DNA of 62,029 bases, counting the filler, from Choristocarpus tenellus KU-1152 (taxonomy: Eukaryota > Protista > Phaeophyceae), in the NCBI GenBank assembly GCA_964200185.2. It is 10 parts of 10 records of this genome, joined end to end, with 100 filler letters (N's around TTAATTAATTAA, not from the genome) between each part and the next. Parts side by side here need not be neighbours in the genome. Positions count along the whole stretch, not along the records: positions 22,685 to 28,179 come from CAXNAD020010610.1; positions 28,280 to 32,038 come from CAXNAD020018099.1; positions 32,139 to 43,601 come from CAXNAD020002299.1; 7 more parts are not named here. One strand, 5' to 3'. Below, one piece after another: positions 23,015 through 35,578 of this stretch. Both the position numbers and the translations under genes were made by a program. Within the stretch, counting starts at the first letter, position 1. The number at the start of each line of letters is the position of its first letter. The notes below the pieces were generated by a model. It was given only the letters and a program-made list of their open reading frames with translations. It made no database searches and was not told the origin of the DNA.

Positions 23015-26000
23015 CACACCCTCCTCTGCAACGATTTCCATCCTGAGACCTCTGCCACTAACACCGTCGTTGCTTTTATCCTTGTTGGCAATGGTGCTAC
23101 CAGAGCTGCTATCACTGCTTCCACTGGGAAATGAATCGTGCCTTCCCCCACTCATGATTTCCCTCCTTAGCTCTGCTGCACTGCTGGACTTGAGGAGTCC
23201 AGCTGTCTCCCGTCCCACGTCCACAGATTGGATCTGATTCCAATAAGAACATGCTAGATCGTTAATAGTCTTGAATGTCCGAAAGTTGAATTGGTCTTGT
23301 TGAAATAGAAGCTAAAGGTCAGTGCCGGATGCCTCCCACTTCATGGTGAAGACTTGTACTCTGAATGAACACATATATTCTTCATGTTGCTAAATCCCAT
23401 CTATATCACGGAGGGAAGCTTTCTCAATTACTTACGTCATTCTGCAATATTGCCTGCTTGACCTCTTCCCTGGCCTTCTCCAAGGCAGACTGACTGCTGC
23501 CCATAAGGAGGATCATGCCCGAACCTCTCTCCACATCTACCACACACCCCGGACAGATTGCACGTAATTTTCGGATTGCTGCTCCCCCCTTGCCCACCAA
23601 GGCAGGTATGATTTCTTCTGAAACTGGCACAAGATCAGTTAGGTCTTCTGCGGCCTATGGGGGGAATCGTGGTGGTTGGGAAAGTGAGGTTGGCAGATGA
23701 GTGGACAAGAAAATTTGCAGTGGGCATTTAATGATCCCTTTCTAGGTCTAGATTGATGAGGGTAAGGTGATTTGGGAAAATGCCAAACATGCAGTAATGG
23801 ACCATGGCACTAAAAGAGGCCGAAGACAAGTTGGAGGGTTGGAACCCACAGGAGTTGCAACTGGGCTACTTGAGTGGGGATACATCAATGGGTTTTTTGT
23901 TGATGTGTAGCCACTGATGGCACTACAGGAAGAGTGCCCCATTCGTAGCTGTTGTATCTGGGGGTGGTTGTTGTGCACTTCTTTTTTCCAACACATGATA
24001 TCTCCACTTATGACAAGGATGCTCTCACCTGCAAGCGACTCTCCAGCAGTCCCCTAGCCTTGGACACCTTGTATGATGGCCCCCTGATAACGATGCTGCT
24101 TGGCTGGGTTGTACAATAAAGAGCGAATACATTGACAGGGGGGTGGGTAACCTTCATTGTTCTTGTTGCTGCTACTCCTATGAAAAAGGCTATCGTATTT
24201 TGATTGCATTTGCTCCTAATTCAGAAATGCTCAAGTCTAGAAATTGAGAGGGGTAAGACTCAATACTGGCGTTTGGAAGTGGACAGATACCCCCAACAAG
24301 CATAGACACTAGACTTTAGACACATGCAAGGGAAACATGAACGAAATCTTCTCCACATTAGCCAACCTAAAAACGTTGAGGGGGTATCTCAACACGCTTA
24401 AACTCACCCTGTTGCCTCCTTTGGCATCTTCAACAGCAACCTTCTCAATCGCAATGTATACACCTCCTCCTAGCTCCCTCTGCATGGCCTTTAGTGGTTC
24501 TCCTCTATCCTGCAGCAACAATGATACCTGAAAGAAAGAAAAAGATGTGAACTCGGAGGGATCATACTTCTGACGCACCACCAAATTTAAATTACATCCC
24601 CACACTTTACAGCACTCTGCGCATAACATAAGCTGTGTACTGCAATGCCTTTGCAGTCACACAAGCAAGTGGTCCTAGTTCCTGCTGTGGCAGTATTGAC
24701 TAGGAAGGGGTGCCCTGATACTTTCAGCTAGCCCCTCACCATAGCTGTAGGTGCTGGAACTTAGCTTGTGTTGAAAGTCCAGCTTTCGAACACTCCCAAC
24801 TTTGAGAATAGACACTGAGGCTTCACAATAGCGTTGCAGCCCTTCAAGTACCCATACTTGCCTGATGCCTCTTTAGTAGAGGAATCCGTTCTTCATTCTC
24901 CAGATGTGTGACATTCAAGTCCCTGATTTGGAAAGCCGCTTTGCTGACTCCTTCTTGGGGACCTTGAATGAGCACCCTACTCACCTCCCGACAAACAGTA
25001 ATGAAGACCTCACATTCGGCCTGAGAGAGTTGAAAAGGAAGAGGAGACTTAGAGGTGGGTGCAGACAAGATGAATTGAGGAAAAAAATATATCAACCATG
25101 GGGGATATTGACAATACCCTTCTCATCAACCTTTGGTGTATCCTTCCTTGTCCTCCAACAATATCTGCACAGGGTCCTGCTCTTGGAAACTAATTCAACA
25201 TCTTGACCTCTCCAGGTGCAATTGATTCACTGAAAAAAATTGAGGAAAGAACCTACTCCTCGGAACTGAATGTCAAATAAGACACTCAGAGAAGAGACAA
25301 TGCAATGTGCAGGCAACCAAATGTTTGTGTGGCCACATGTCGAGGGATAATGGCATGGGGCACTCTCTCACCTCAATATGGCGAAGATTTTCTCCTTTAG
25401 TACCCATGATGGCAGGTAAAATCTGAGGATTCACTTGAATTGATTCCTCTGAGCATTCCAGGACTGCCAATCGTTCCCACGCAGCCTCCACATTGGATTC
25501 CAGACCTGAAATTCTGACTTCTATACCCTCCTTCCTCAAGAGCCCTCCCCCGCTATTGCTGTTGAAACTATCTCTCATGTTTCCGTTGCTGTCACTTCCG
25601 TCCCTAGGACCATAAGTAATGCTCATGCGGACATCCAACTCCTCCTGGATACGCTGCATTAATGCGTGACGGTTAGCTTTTAAAGAAGCTGCCTTTACTG
25701 CAGGAACTGTTTTCTTGAGGTCCACAGAATATACTAGCTTTTCAAGAAGAGACCTTGCCTTGGAGCAGCCTTCCTTCGTCCCAGTGAACTGTACTGAAAC
25801 TGTTCCTCCTTCCTCTCCCCTGAGACAACAAGGAGATGACGTAGAGAGTGTGTGTTCAGCAGGGCTTTTTCCGACACAGAGACAGCATTTTGAACTATTC
25901 ATGCCCATTTTGATTGGTGTGTGTGGAAAAGGTTGGAGGGTGAATGCACCCTCTTGGCCTGGCGAGGAAAAGTTAAAATGTCAAAAAAAAAATCTATTCT

Positions 26001-27932
26001 AACAAAGAGTGCAGATATTGCTCCTCATATTGTGTGACATACCTCTTCTTTAAACCCCCTTCAAACACGGATGGGTAGGTAGTGCCGTGACGGCACTAGA
26101 CTTACCCATTGAAGCTTCCAGGCGCAATGACTCCACAATCCTCCTCCAATTGGGTGAGGTTCGCGCGCTTCTTGCCCAGCATCTGTGTCAGGAGTGCATG
26201 AACCAGATCACACACTGCAGATCCATTGAATGATAACATGCAAAAAAGGCACACAAAAGCATTTGCCGGCATTTCCCTAAGCCTTAGTCAGCACCCTTGA
26301 TACATGAGGAGTACAGCAAAGACTGTTTCAACACATGATAAAGCAAGTCACACTGTTTTGACTGTATTTTTGTGGCTGATATACCCAGTCATTCTCACAA
26401 CAAAGGGTCCTCGTTTGGGAGGCAATCACACAACTTTTTTGTGCATTCAATGATAGGAAGTACTGGAGTGTTTCCTTGTGATGTAAATAAACACATCCTA
26501 TTTCCTTTGGAAAAGTTATGTACTGTTGAATTAAATAATTATTGTCAACATTCTGCCTCTTCCCCTCCCCCCCCCCCCACCCCCCCTTTTTCCTCTTCCT
26601 CCCTCTGCCCCCCCCCTCCAATTGATTTATTTGGAATCTCCACAACCTCAGTGACCAGATCCTGAGGTAGCATTCCCAGGCGGCAGGCAAGTTGTAGAAG
26701 TCTGAGACCCTGTTTAATTTCTTTAACCTGGGAATTCTTCTCACGCCTTGTATCCTCAAGCTTACGCCGACAGTCCTGCATTAAGCAGCGCCAGCAAAGT
26801 GGGAGGAGTACTTATCAAGGGAGTATCACATCAATGACACTGTGTAATTATTTAGTGGTGATCTCAGAGGCAAAGGCCTCTACGCTTCAAGTTCTTTCAG
26901 ACTCTTAGCGCATAGAATAGCTATAAGGGAAATGGACACTGAAACCTGCATTCGGTGTATCTCCTGCCTCTGGATATTGTAGTCATTGAGTTCCTTCAAC
27001 CTGGCCTTAAGTTGATCCTTTCTCCGAAGGATTGCTTTTTCCTCTACAAGCTTCATTGATGTTGTTGACAGTTTGAGCTCAATCAAATCCATCTCTTCTT
27101 TTGCCTTGTGAAGATAGGACATGAGGACAGATGCAACCGAGTATATGTATGTATATGAGTCGTCTTTCCTTAGAGAGGGAACAATTTTAGACTCTCTCGA
27201 GTGCTTAAGGTTTTTTTTAATTTCTGTCTAACACCTACTTTCCGTGCTTGAAATGCAACTGATCCCTCTCAAGAGACTTTGACTGCAGAAGAGAATATAA
27301 TCCTGTGTACACGAGAGAAATCCCCTATAGTGTGCTAGAAAAAACTTTGTGGTTTAAGGCAGTCGCAAGGACCCCAAATAGTCGACCACACGCCCTTTAC
27401 GATAGGTAGGATGGCTCATGTACATAGACCAAGCGAGTTTCACTTCACTGCTTCGGTGTTTCATCAAACGACTCGCTTGCCTACCCAAGGAGTGAGATAT
27501 TTCAATATTTGATTAGCCTGATACTTGTGAGGGAATCTTAGCTCACGGATAAATCTTGGCCTTGGTTTGAACGGGAGCAGTGCTTCTGCTAGGAGGGGTG
27601 GTTTTCCACGGTTGACGTAGTACTGACACACGTGGGTTGATATCGGAAAATATAGCAATCTTCACCTGAGTCTCGCCTATGTTTGGACGTTTCCGAATAC
27701 GTCGCAGCGCAATGTTTATCCTGCCCGTCAAGACTTTCGCGCTATCATCCACAGCATCCCGCTCAGCCTCTGTGACGAAGAGTCGATTTTGCAGCATTGC
27801 AACCCTCTTGAGCTCTCGATCGCACACAACAGGAACTGCGACCGCGTTTTCATGGTCACTCTTAAGATCACTTGGAGGGAGTGTTTCCACTTCCTGTCTT
27901 GGCTGGGCCGCCGTTTGGGGATCATTTTCCAT
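23015..27932 (-). CDS. Multi-KH-domain RNA-binding protein (vigilin-like) with N-terminal coiled coil, 3' partial
   Basis: Exons 27932-27666, 27104-26946, 26775-~26615, 26182-26106, 25819-25372, 25020-24862 (GC donor), 24527-24408, 24103-24029, 23654-23436, 23233-23015, phases compatible. KH motifs ILPAIMGTKGENLRHIE and IIPALVGKGGAAIRKL, plus repeated V.I.G...V..A segments. Confidence 0.85.
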
Positions 27933-28279
27933 GATTGCGAGGTCGAGGAGGGGGACAGTTCAAATTGACGAGATGAATCAACTCCCCAACATGCTTTTTA
28001 AACGGTTTCGCGGTAAGTCACGCCGCAAACAGCCGATTTCAAAAATTAAGGATGGAGCTTTTCATTGAGGATGGGCCTGACCCAAAACTGACTGGGATAA
28101 AGTGTCGATATGTTTTTAACTTTTTTATGTAACAAATTCTTTTCATCAAAAATTACTACTAAATATATTTTTCTAGCAGNNNNNNNNNNNNNNNNNNNNN
28201 NNNNNNNNNNNNNNNNNNNNNNNTTAATTAATTAANNNNNNNNNNNNNNNNNNNNNNNNNNNNNNNNNNNNNNNNNNNN

Positions 28280-28337
28280 AAATGGGCCCCAAATGGACAA
28301 CCGCCACCCCCCCCCCCACCCCCAGATACTTCAAGCC
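28280..28337. mobile_element. MITE family A terminal fragment at contig start
   Basis: CCCCAAATGGACAACCGCCACCCC...AGATACTTCAAGCC. Confidence 0.75.
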
Positions 28338-28549
28338 CCCCGACTGGTTACCAGCACAGACGCAAAACAAAACTGGCTTGGTGTACAAAAAAAATGCAAT
28401 ACACGGGAGTGTCTGTAAATTAAACAACTGTGTTAATTGTAGTGCATCCAAAAGTTGCAACTTCGAATTTAGACAGCACTTCATGTGCCTCTACCTTCAG
28501 GAGCAACTTTGTTTTCCTACCCTCTATCCAACCTCGACCTCCCATTACA

Positions 28550-31500
28550 TTAGCTATCCATGGAGTTGCAGTTGAACCACCATGTTCGAACAAGGTGATC
28601 CTCAGAGCATGTCGCCAACAGACTCTGGCTTGCATTCCAAACCCCTCGGTAGACTGTCCCCTTGTGCCCTGAGAGTGTCTGCAAGAGCTGTTTTGGCAGT
28701 GGGAGGAGGGAAATTTGGGAAAGGGGTATTGGGAGGGAGGGGTATTCATCTTCGTGGCTTCTGCACCATTTGTATTCAGTCATGGTTGAACTGATCCCAA
28801 CCCTGTGCAAAACGATGCGGGCCTCTACCTCTAACTGAATAGGGATTTAAAATAATACTTGGAGTACAACATAATGAAAGGATGCACTCGCAGACAGTCC
28901 TTGAGTGGCAAGACAAAGCTAAGGACAGGAGAAATTTCAGCATAGACTGTGCATTCCAGCTTTTCTAGCAGCAGGAAATATTTCTTGGACAAAAACGCAA
29001 GGGCCTGTAAAGTCACACAAAACCGGCATCTTCAACAAAGAAAAATCAGAGGTGCGTCCACAAACAATTTGAAGTAATTGTATAAAAGTGAGTTTTTTGT
29101 ATCATCGCATCACACTCTGAGCCTAAACAGCGATATCATCAACCTAAATTCATCAGAGCATGAGGGGAGCCTCCCCCCTGTTATTCCTAGGCTATTTTTC
29201 ATTGACTTCAACCTAAAAACCTGGAGATTGAGGGTCCTTGACAACAATTCCCTCCCAAAAAATGCCCCCCAAAATTACAGGAACTAGAACCGCTCATACA
29301 GGCACACATATCACTCAAGGCAATTGAACACACCTTAGCGCTCTTTTGGTGCCACACATAGAGCTTGTTGTCATCGCTGCCGCTCAGAACCAGCTCCTCC
29401 TCCCCACCTAAGGTAGCCCTCAGGAACCCGCTGCTAGAGTTCTGATGCCCCTGAAAAAGGAGAGAGGAGAAAGAAAGGAGCAAAAAAAAAAAGAGTTAAA
29501 ACCCCCCAACCAAGTGGGCTCTTGTCTGAACGGAGAGCTGAATAGCTCATTGCTAACACACATACAACAAGTAGATGCACACTTTGAGCAATACACAGAC
29601 TTGCTTTGGATCAACCCAAGCCTCAACAACCACCTTGTAGCGGAGGATAGGTCGTTCCATTCGAACGTCCCACAAGCGAACAGGCCCATGACGTGAGCTA
29701 GCCAACAGGTACATCCCATCCAAGGTGAGCTCAACCGAGTTCACAGCACCAACTGGTTGTCTGAGGGAGTAGTAGAGATGGACGAGGTTGGACGGGGTGG
29801 TTGTTCAGCCAATATGGACTGCCACACTGCCAGAGGGACTATCCAATCCCAAAAAAGTTACATTTGCACATCACACCAACTTGAGGGCCGTTGTTATTGA
29901 CAAAAGAAAAGCATTTGGTTTGTCTTCTTTACCACTTAGCAACATTTTGTTCCAAATCAACGTAAGAATTGGCAACATTTCACCTGTGTAAAAAATTGAA
30001 GAGATACATCTCACGCAAGGTTCTAAAAAACAAGGGCCATTTTTTTGGACAGACTGCCACAGACAGTTTGGAAATTTTCTCACCTTCCACCAGCTTGGAA
30101 GTTGTCAATCAGTAGAGCAGTATGCCGTTAAGCATTTACTGCTGACGATAAAGGTAACTCCACGTACATATTGTCAACTCTTTTTTTTCCTTAGTCATAC
30201 TGTCCTGCCAAACCAACACCCTACCTATAGAGGACTGCTCCAACTAACAATTTGGCAGAAAAAAAAGGCTATCTTCATGGATACTGAAGACAGTATGAAC
30301 ACACAAACAGGTACATACACAGAGTCCTCTGTCACATGACCAAGTTTCACCAGGTCAACACAGTTACGAATTATCAACATCATACAATCCTCCAGGATTT
30401 CCTAGGTTTTCGCTGTTTTCCTCATGCCATCCTACTTCCTCTGTCCAGCATCATAGTTTGAACAGTTTGAGGGGTGGAAAAAATGCTGCATCAGGCAGGT
30501 ACTTATTGTGGCTTTCTAGCAGGCATTGTAGAATAGCTAGACTAAGTCGGATTTTGCTGACATATTAGAGTAACCTCATGTTGGGCTTTTGCAAGACCCC
30601 TCCCCCCCAAAAGTAGTGAAAAATATGATACCATCTTGTGGATTCATACCCTGCCCCACAAGCCGTTCAAACTGATGCTCAACAGTGGAAGTGAACAAAT
30701 CTGTCATACACCTAAAGCACACAAAACCTTTCAAAAACAAAAACAAGTAGCTTACTCCACCTCTCTTCATTAATTAATCTTCCCGTGTTAACCCCATCCA
30801 ACATCACCACACATGTTCAATTTCTACTACTGAAATAAATACAACATCGTTCAATTCCATCCCCCATGCTCCATTTTGCCTGAGAGTCTTGACGCAAACT
30901 CCGCTCATGGCATCCCAGAACTTGATGTTGCTATCCCGGCCTCCACTAACAATCAGGTTGCCATACGCATTGGTGCAAGCATGCAGCACACCCGCCTCAT
31001 GCCCCGCAAACACCTTTACGGCCTGTGATATTACCAAGGCAAGGAAAGGAAACCCCCCCCCAAAATAGAGCAACACTGTCACACAACACCAGGCTGTGGT
31101 CGCAGAGCAATATCTCGAGCAGTTATGATGGTAAAGTTCTAAACGTGCAGCAAAGGGTGAACGGGTAACAAAAAGGAGGTATACCCTGTCTTTAGCAGGA
31201 AGAATAACTGCCCAAAAAAGGTACCAGAGAGGGTCCTGTTGCAAACAAACAACCCATGCATAGATACACAAACACAAACACACACACACACACACACACT
31301 ACTACAACAAAAGTGTGATGGAAAATATGGTTGAAGGAGTTCACCCCAGGGGTACAAGGGTCAATAGATTACGTTCTAGTTCTCGACAAAGTACTTCTTC
31401 TCACCCCACACACCATCCAAAACAAAACAGTCAACAAACGCCCAGATTCAAGATTCGCCAGTTGCTGCTAAACACAAAACATCACAATCAGTCCCTTTAA

Positions 31501-31904
31501 AAGACCTAATCACTCCGACTCCAACAAGACTCTCCTCTGAAGTCAAGAGCAGCATGGAATCAACAGGGTAGAAAGATCCCTGCCAAGGGTCTCCAACACA
31601 AATAGACTTATTTATCAGGGGATGCTCACCTGCCCACTCTCCACATCGAACAGTCGAACAGTTCTGTCGTGGCCGGCTGTCACTACATGGCCCTGGCCAG
31701 GGTGAAATGAAGCACTATACACATCTGTGGTGTGTGAACCTGCCATACCATCTCCATGACCTTCGAATACAACCCTTGGGTCCTTCCCCTGTACCCCGAA
31801 TTTCGGGCTATGTCCTGACCCTGGTCCTGCCTCCTCTCCAAGGGGATCAGGTCTACCCCTCTGCCCAGGGCCCCCTTCCCGGCGAGACGATGCATTTGTT
31901 AGCC
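28550..31904 (-). CDS. WD40-repeat protein, 3' part
   Basis: Exons 31904-31630, 31022-30880 (GC donor), 29760-29634, 29450-29334, 28687-28550 (TAA). Five GH...WD-type repeats, e.g. GHEAGVLH...SGGRDSNIKFWD and GHKGTVYRGVWN...TCSEDHLVRTW. Confidence 0.9.
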
Positions 31905-32403
31905 CTGGAATAGATTGTCAAATAATTAGGGGATGGGGGGGGGGGGGGGGGGGGGGAGGGGGGGGGGAAAAAAAAAAAAATTAAAAAAAAAAAGGGAGGG
32001 AAAAGGGGGGGGGGGGGGTGTTTGGGTTATAAAATTTTNNNNNNNNNNNNNNNNNNNNNNNNNNNNNNNNNNNNNNNNNNNNTTAATTAATTAANNNNNN
32101 NNNNNNNNNNNNNNNNNNNNNNNNNNNNNNNNNNNNNNGGGGGGGAGGAGGTTTGATGCAATGTGCCTGCCTTCCCTCCATTCTGTCCCCTCTCCCCTAG
32201 AGCACACCCAGGCCAGGTCTATGCTCTGCAGTCAGGAAAACATTCTGTGTGTTTTTTTATTTACTGCAATAATAATAATTATTCTACTATCTAGTCAAAG
32301 CAAAAAAGGCCCCAAGAATAGTGACAACACACAAGATGAATCAGATGAAACAACAGGCATTTTTCTTTTAAAATAGCCCTCCCACACTGTCTCTCTCTCT
32401 CAC

Positions 32404-35356
32404 CAGATCGTAGTTCTTTTGGGAATTGCCATCTATGACAACAAAGTTGATCTGGTTCCTGTAGGTCTCCTCCACCTCCTTCATCAAAGGTGCCATTGCC
32501 TTGCAGTTCTCGCACCTTGCAACATTATTTATTATTATTATGTTCAAAAGAAAAAAGAGCATGACAGCAGTGGCAACAAAAATTGAATAACCAAAAATAT
32601 AGTTTTTTTTTGCCTTTCTCAGGACACCAACCCTTTGTTGTTGTTTTTTGTCGTTTCCACCACCCCCGTGGAATGTTTATTTTTATTACACCTTTCTGGT
32701 TTGAACAGCAGTGCAGTTTTGAAAAGAGATTCAAAAGAGAGGCAGCAAGAGAACAACAACAACAATAATTAAAATTTCTTCTTAAATTCTTCAATAAAAA
32801 TAATGATCACAAGAATATCTATGCCACTGACAGGTCCTATGTTTCTTGGAATATCTATCTATCTTTTGACGTTGCCGAGACTGACCCCATACAGCTGCAT
32901 GAATTGCAGGCTAGTCCCGTGACCAGCTCGTGGCGAACTGTGAGGAGAAACATCAAAAATGGTTCCGTGAGGGGATCTATTAATCTCACCGGTGGTCGCA
33001 TCCAACCACATCTAGGGATCGACAAATTTGCTGGATTCAGGGTCACCAGGTCGTGAAACTACGAGTTGGCAGAGTGTCTGTCCTAACCCTAATTGGTAAT
33101 GACTGTGAGAGAAATGGACAGTTCTAGAATAGGGTTAGGGAAAGTATCATCGGCGGTATACCTCATACTGTATACAAATCAACTTTTTTTTTTTTCAGCT
33201 GGAAATCCGATTTTTCCCGAAACGTTGAGACCCAGCACAAGCTCTAAACATGCTTATACCCCGAGGGCAACAGCCTTTGCTCAGGCTCTGTTATCCTTTT
33301 TGACTGTCTACTCGACAAGTGACCCTTCTGGTGGTCCTCTCCTCCTTCCATTCAGACAATGCGAGGCTTTTCATATATACAACCTTGGACAGGCATATTA
33401 ACATAATTCCGTCAAGTCAATTAAATACTCTCAACTGCTCGTTCACACACAAAGACACTTGTTCTGACAAGATTACCTCGCTATTGTATGCAAGTTCTTC
33501 ACTTCCTTTTTTTTTTTAATACAAATTACTCTTATGCAGAACAACTATGCACGCATACATTCTCCAATACAATGAAGAAGGAAAACAAGAGGCTGTTGGG
33601 AGACCTATACTTATCCCGACAATGAACTTTTTTTCTATTTGTAACAAAAAAAAGAAAGATCCAGTGTCGACTATCAACACCTGGAAAGTTGGATTGAAAT
33701 AAATGTGGATTGAAATGTATAACCTAGTACATAATGACAATGGTGGAGTCAAAGCATGCATGAGGGGTATTTAAAATAGTAACAGAGCTAGGAGGGCTGG
33801 ACGACAGGATAGTCAATATTGAGTGGGAAGGGTGTGCAGGAGTAAATCACGGTGAGGTTTCATACGCACCCCCTACAAAAAGGTTAAATAGTAACAGAGC
33901 TAGGAGGGCTGGACGAAAGGATAGTCAACATTGAGTGGGAAGGGTACGCTAGTAGAGGCAGGGTATAGTAAAGATCACCTCTGGGTGCCACAGTTGCCAC
34001 TACCGTAGTGAGAAAGATATGGATCGTGCTTGAGAGTGAGATTAATTAATTTTAACCTATTGCAGCACATTAGCATATATGCGTTCCTCTTTAACTGCAC
34101 TAACATACTTTACAGACAGTGCAATAGAAAAAAGGTGAATCACTGATTCACATTGGTAATATGACAGCGGTAGATACCAAGACAATAGTAACACCAAGTT
34201 AGGGAAGACTCTGTCAGGCATTGAGAGTGTGATAAGATGAAGCCCTCCTCCTCCTTGGATACACTCGCATATGCGCATAGACACACACAATCAAATCAGA
34301 CGAGTAGCCATTAACCCTCTGATGCCCATGATCCCTCTAGCCTCAAGTAACAAGTGACACCGCATTATAGCTGAGGGAGTAGGCGGTTCTGGGAGGCGGT
34401 TCTGGGCCTCTTTGCTTCTGAGCCCCCTGAACTCTTTTCACGCCCCCCTTATACCCTCCAAGAGACTCACCAATCTGCGTAAAAATCGACCACGGTTGGT
34501 TTCCCGTTAGTAAGAGCGGTGGCCAGTGGGGCTGAAGTGGTCTCCATGGCCCGCAATAAAACAACGGGGTTGGCCGCTGCGGGTGAGATTGCAGAGTGCT
34601 GGAAGAAGAAGAGGGCTACAGAGGACAAAAAGGATGCAGCAGCAATCTTGGCGTTGCGCACTTTCTGGGCCCGGTTCTCCTTTATGCCGTAGCATACGAG
34701 GGCGAGGTGTGATAGTAGAGGCGGTGGAAAGGAGGGCGCGGAGGAAGGAAGGCAGGGCAAAGATTAACCGCGCCTACGGCGTGAAGAGGGGAAAGCAGCA
34801 GGGTAGGAAGGAAATACGCTAGGATAGGGAAGATTTTGGGAACAGTTGCTCCTGAGGTTGTGAACCAAATAATTGAGAAGGGGCATTGAATGGGAACCTT
34901 TCTAGCACCGCTCAACACGTTACTTATGTATGGTGCATCCAAAACATGTGGGGTATGGGAATCTTCGCACAAACCTCAAACTGACGTTCCCTAACCTCCG
35001 AGGGACGTTTCATGCCTCTGACAAACCTCCTCAAATGCCGCCCTGGCATTGGTGATGTTTTCTCCAGTGCCAATTTCCTTTCCAAGGGCCCGGGCCACAC
35101 GCTCCTGAGCCGTCAATCCTTCCTCATTTGCCTCCTCCTCTCGTAATGCCTGTTCTCTACAAGATTTGCAGTCGTCTCGCACCCCCGAGAGTCTCACATT
35201 GGAAGAGCTCCATCCCCCAGACGTACTACGAACTATTTTCTGCTGATACCCCAGGCGACACCCCCCAGTCACCACAGAGGCCTGAAACGCTAATGCCGAG
35301 GATAAAAAACAGAGCATGAGCACTGCCGACAGCGACACCCGTGTCCCAGACTTCAT
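32404..35356 (-). CDS. HCF164: Plastid-targeted thioredoxin-like protein, HCF164/TxlA family, 3' partial
   Basis: Exons 35356-35027, 34679-34471, 32515-32404. Signal peptide ending SALA-F (ASAFAP-type), one TM segment, then [25 protein letters not shown]...INFVVID, typical of HCF164. Confidence 0.85.
33771..33949. repeat. Direct duplication of ~65 bp within an intron
   Basis: AAATAGTAACAGAGCTAGGAGGGCTGGACGA(C/A)AGGATAGTCAA(T/C)ATTGAGTGGGAAGGGT at ~33774 and ~33886. Confidence 0.85.
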
Positions 35357-35578
35357 TTCTTCAACCGTCAATATGCCACCTTCCTTCCAGGTGTCCCCGC
35401 CTCTTCCTTTCCACGTGTACCCAATTTTGTTTTGTATGGTTTGTTTCGCCAGATACTTGAAACGCAAGTTGCACCTTGACCGCCTTAGTGATATTTACGA
35501 AACCTAGCCCCATCACTCCACAAGGCTCAACATCCCATCATTTCCATTGTCTAGTTTAATGCTGTTAATAGAGAAGCC
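35357..35578. promoter_or_regulatory. Putative bidirectional promoter / 5' UTR region
   Basis: Only 222 bp between two divergent ATGs. Confidence 0.55.

Noticed and set aside
26080-26098. Perfect 9-bp inverted repeat next to a splice donor
   Set aside because: Single short palindrome; plausible by chance in 62 kb.
26560-26620. No GT donor after the KH-gene exon ending ...PNKSIG
   Set aside because: Lies in a G/C homopolymer-rich patch prone to sequencing error; not evidence for unusual splicing or pseudogenisation.
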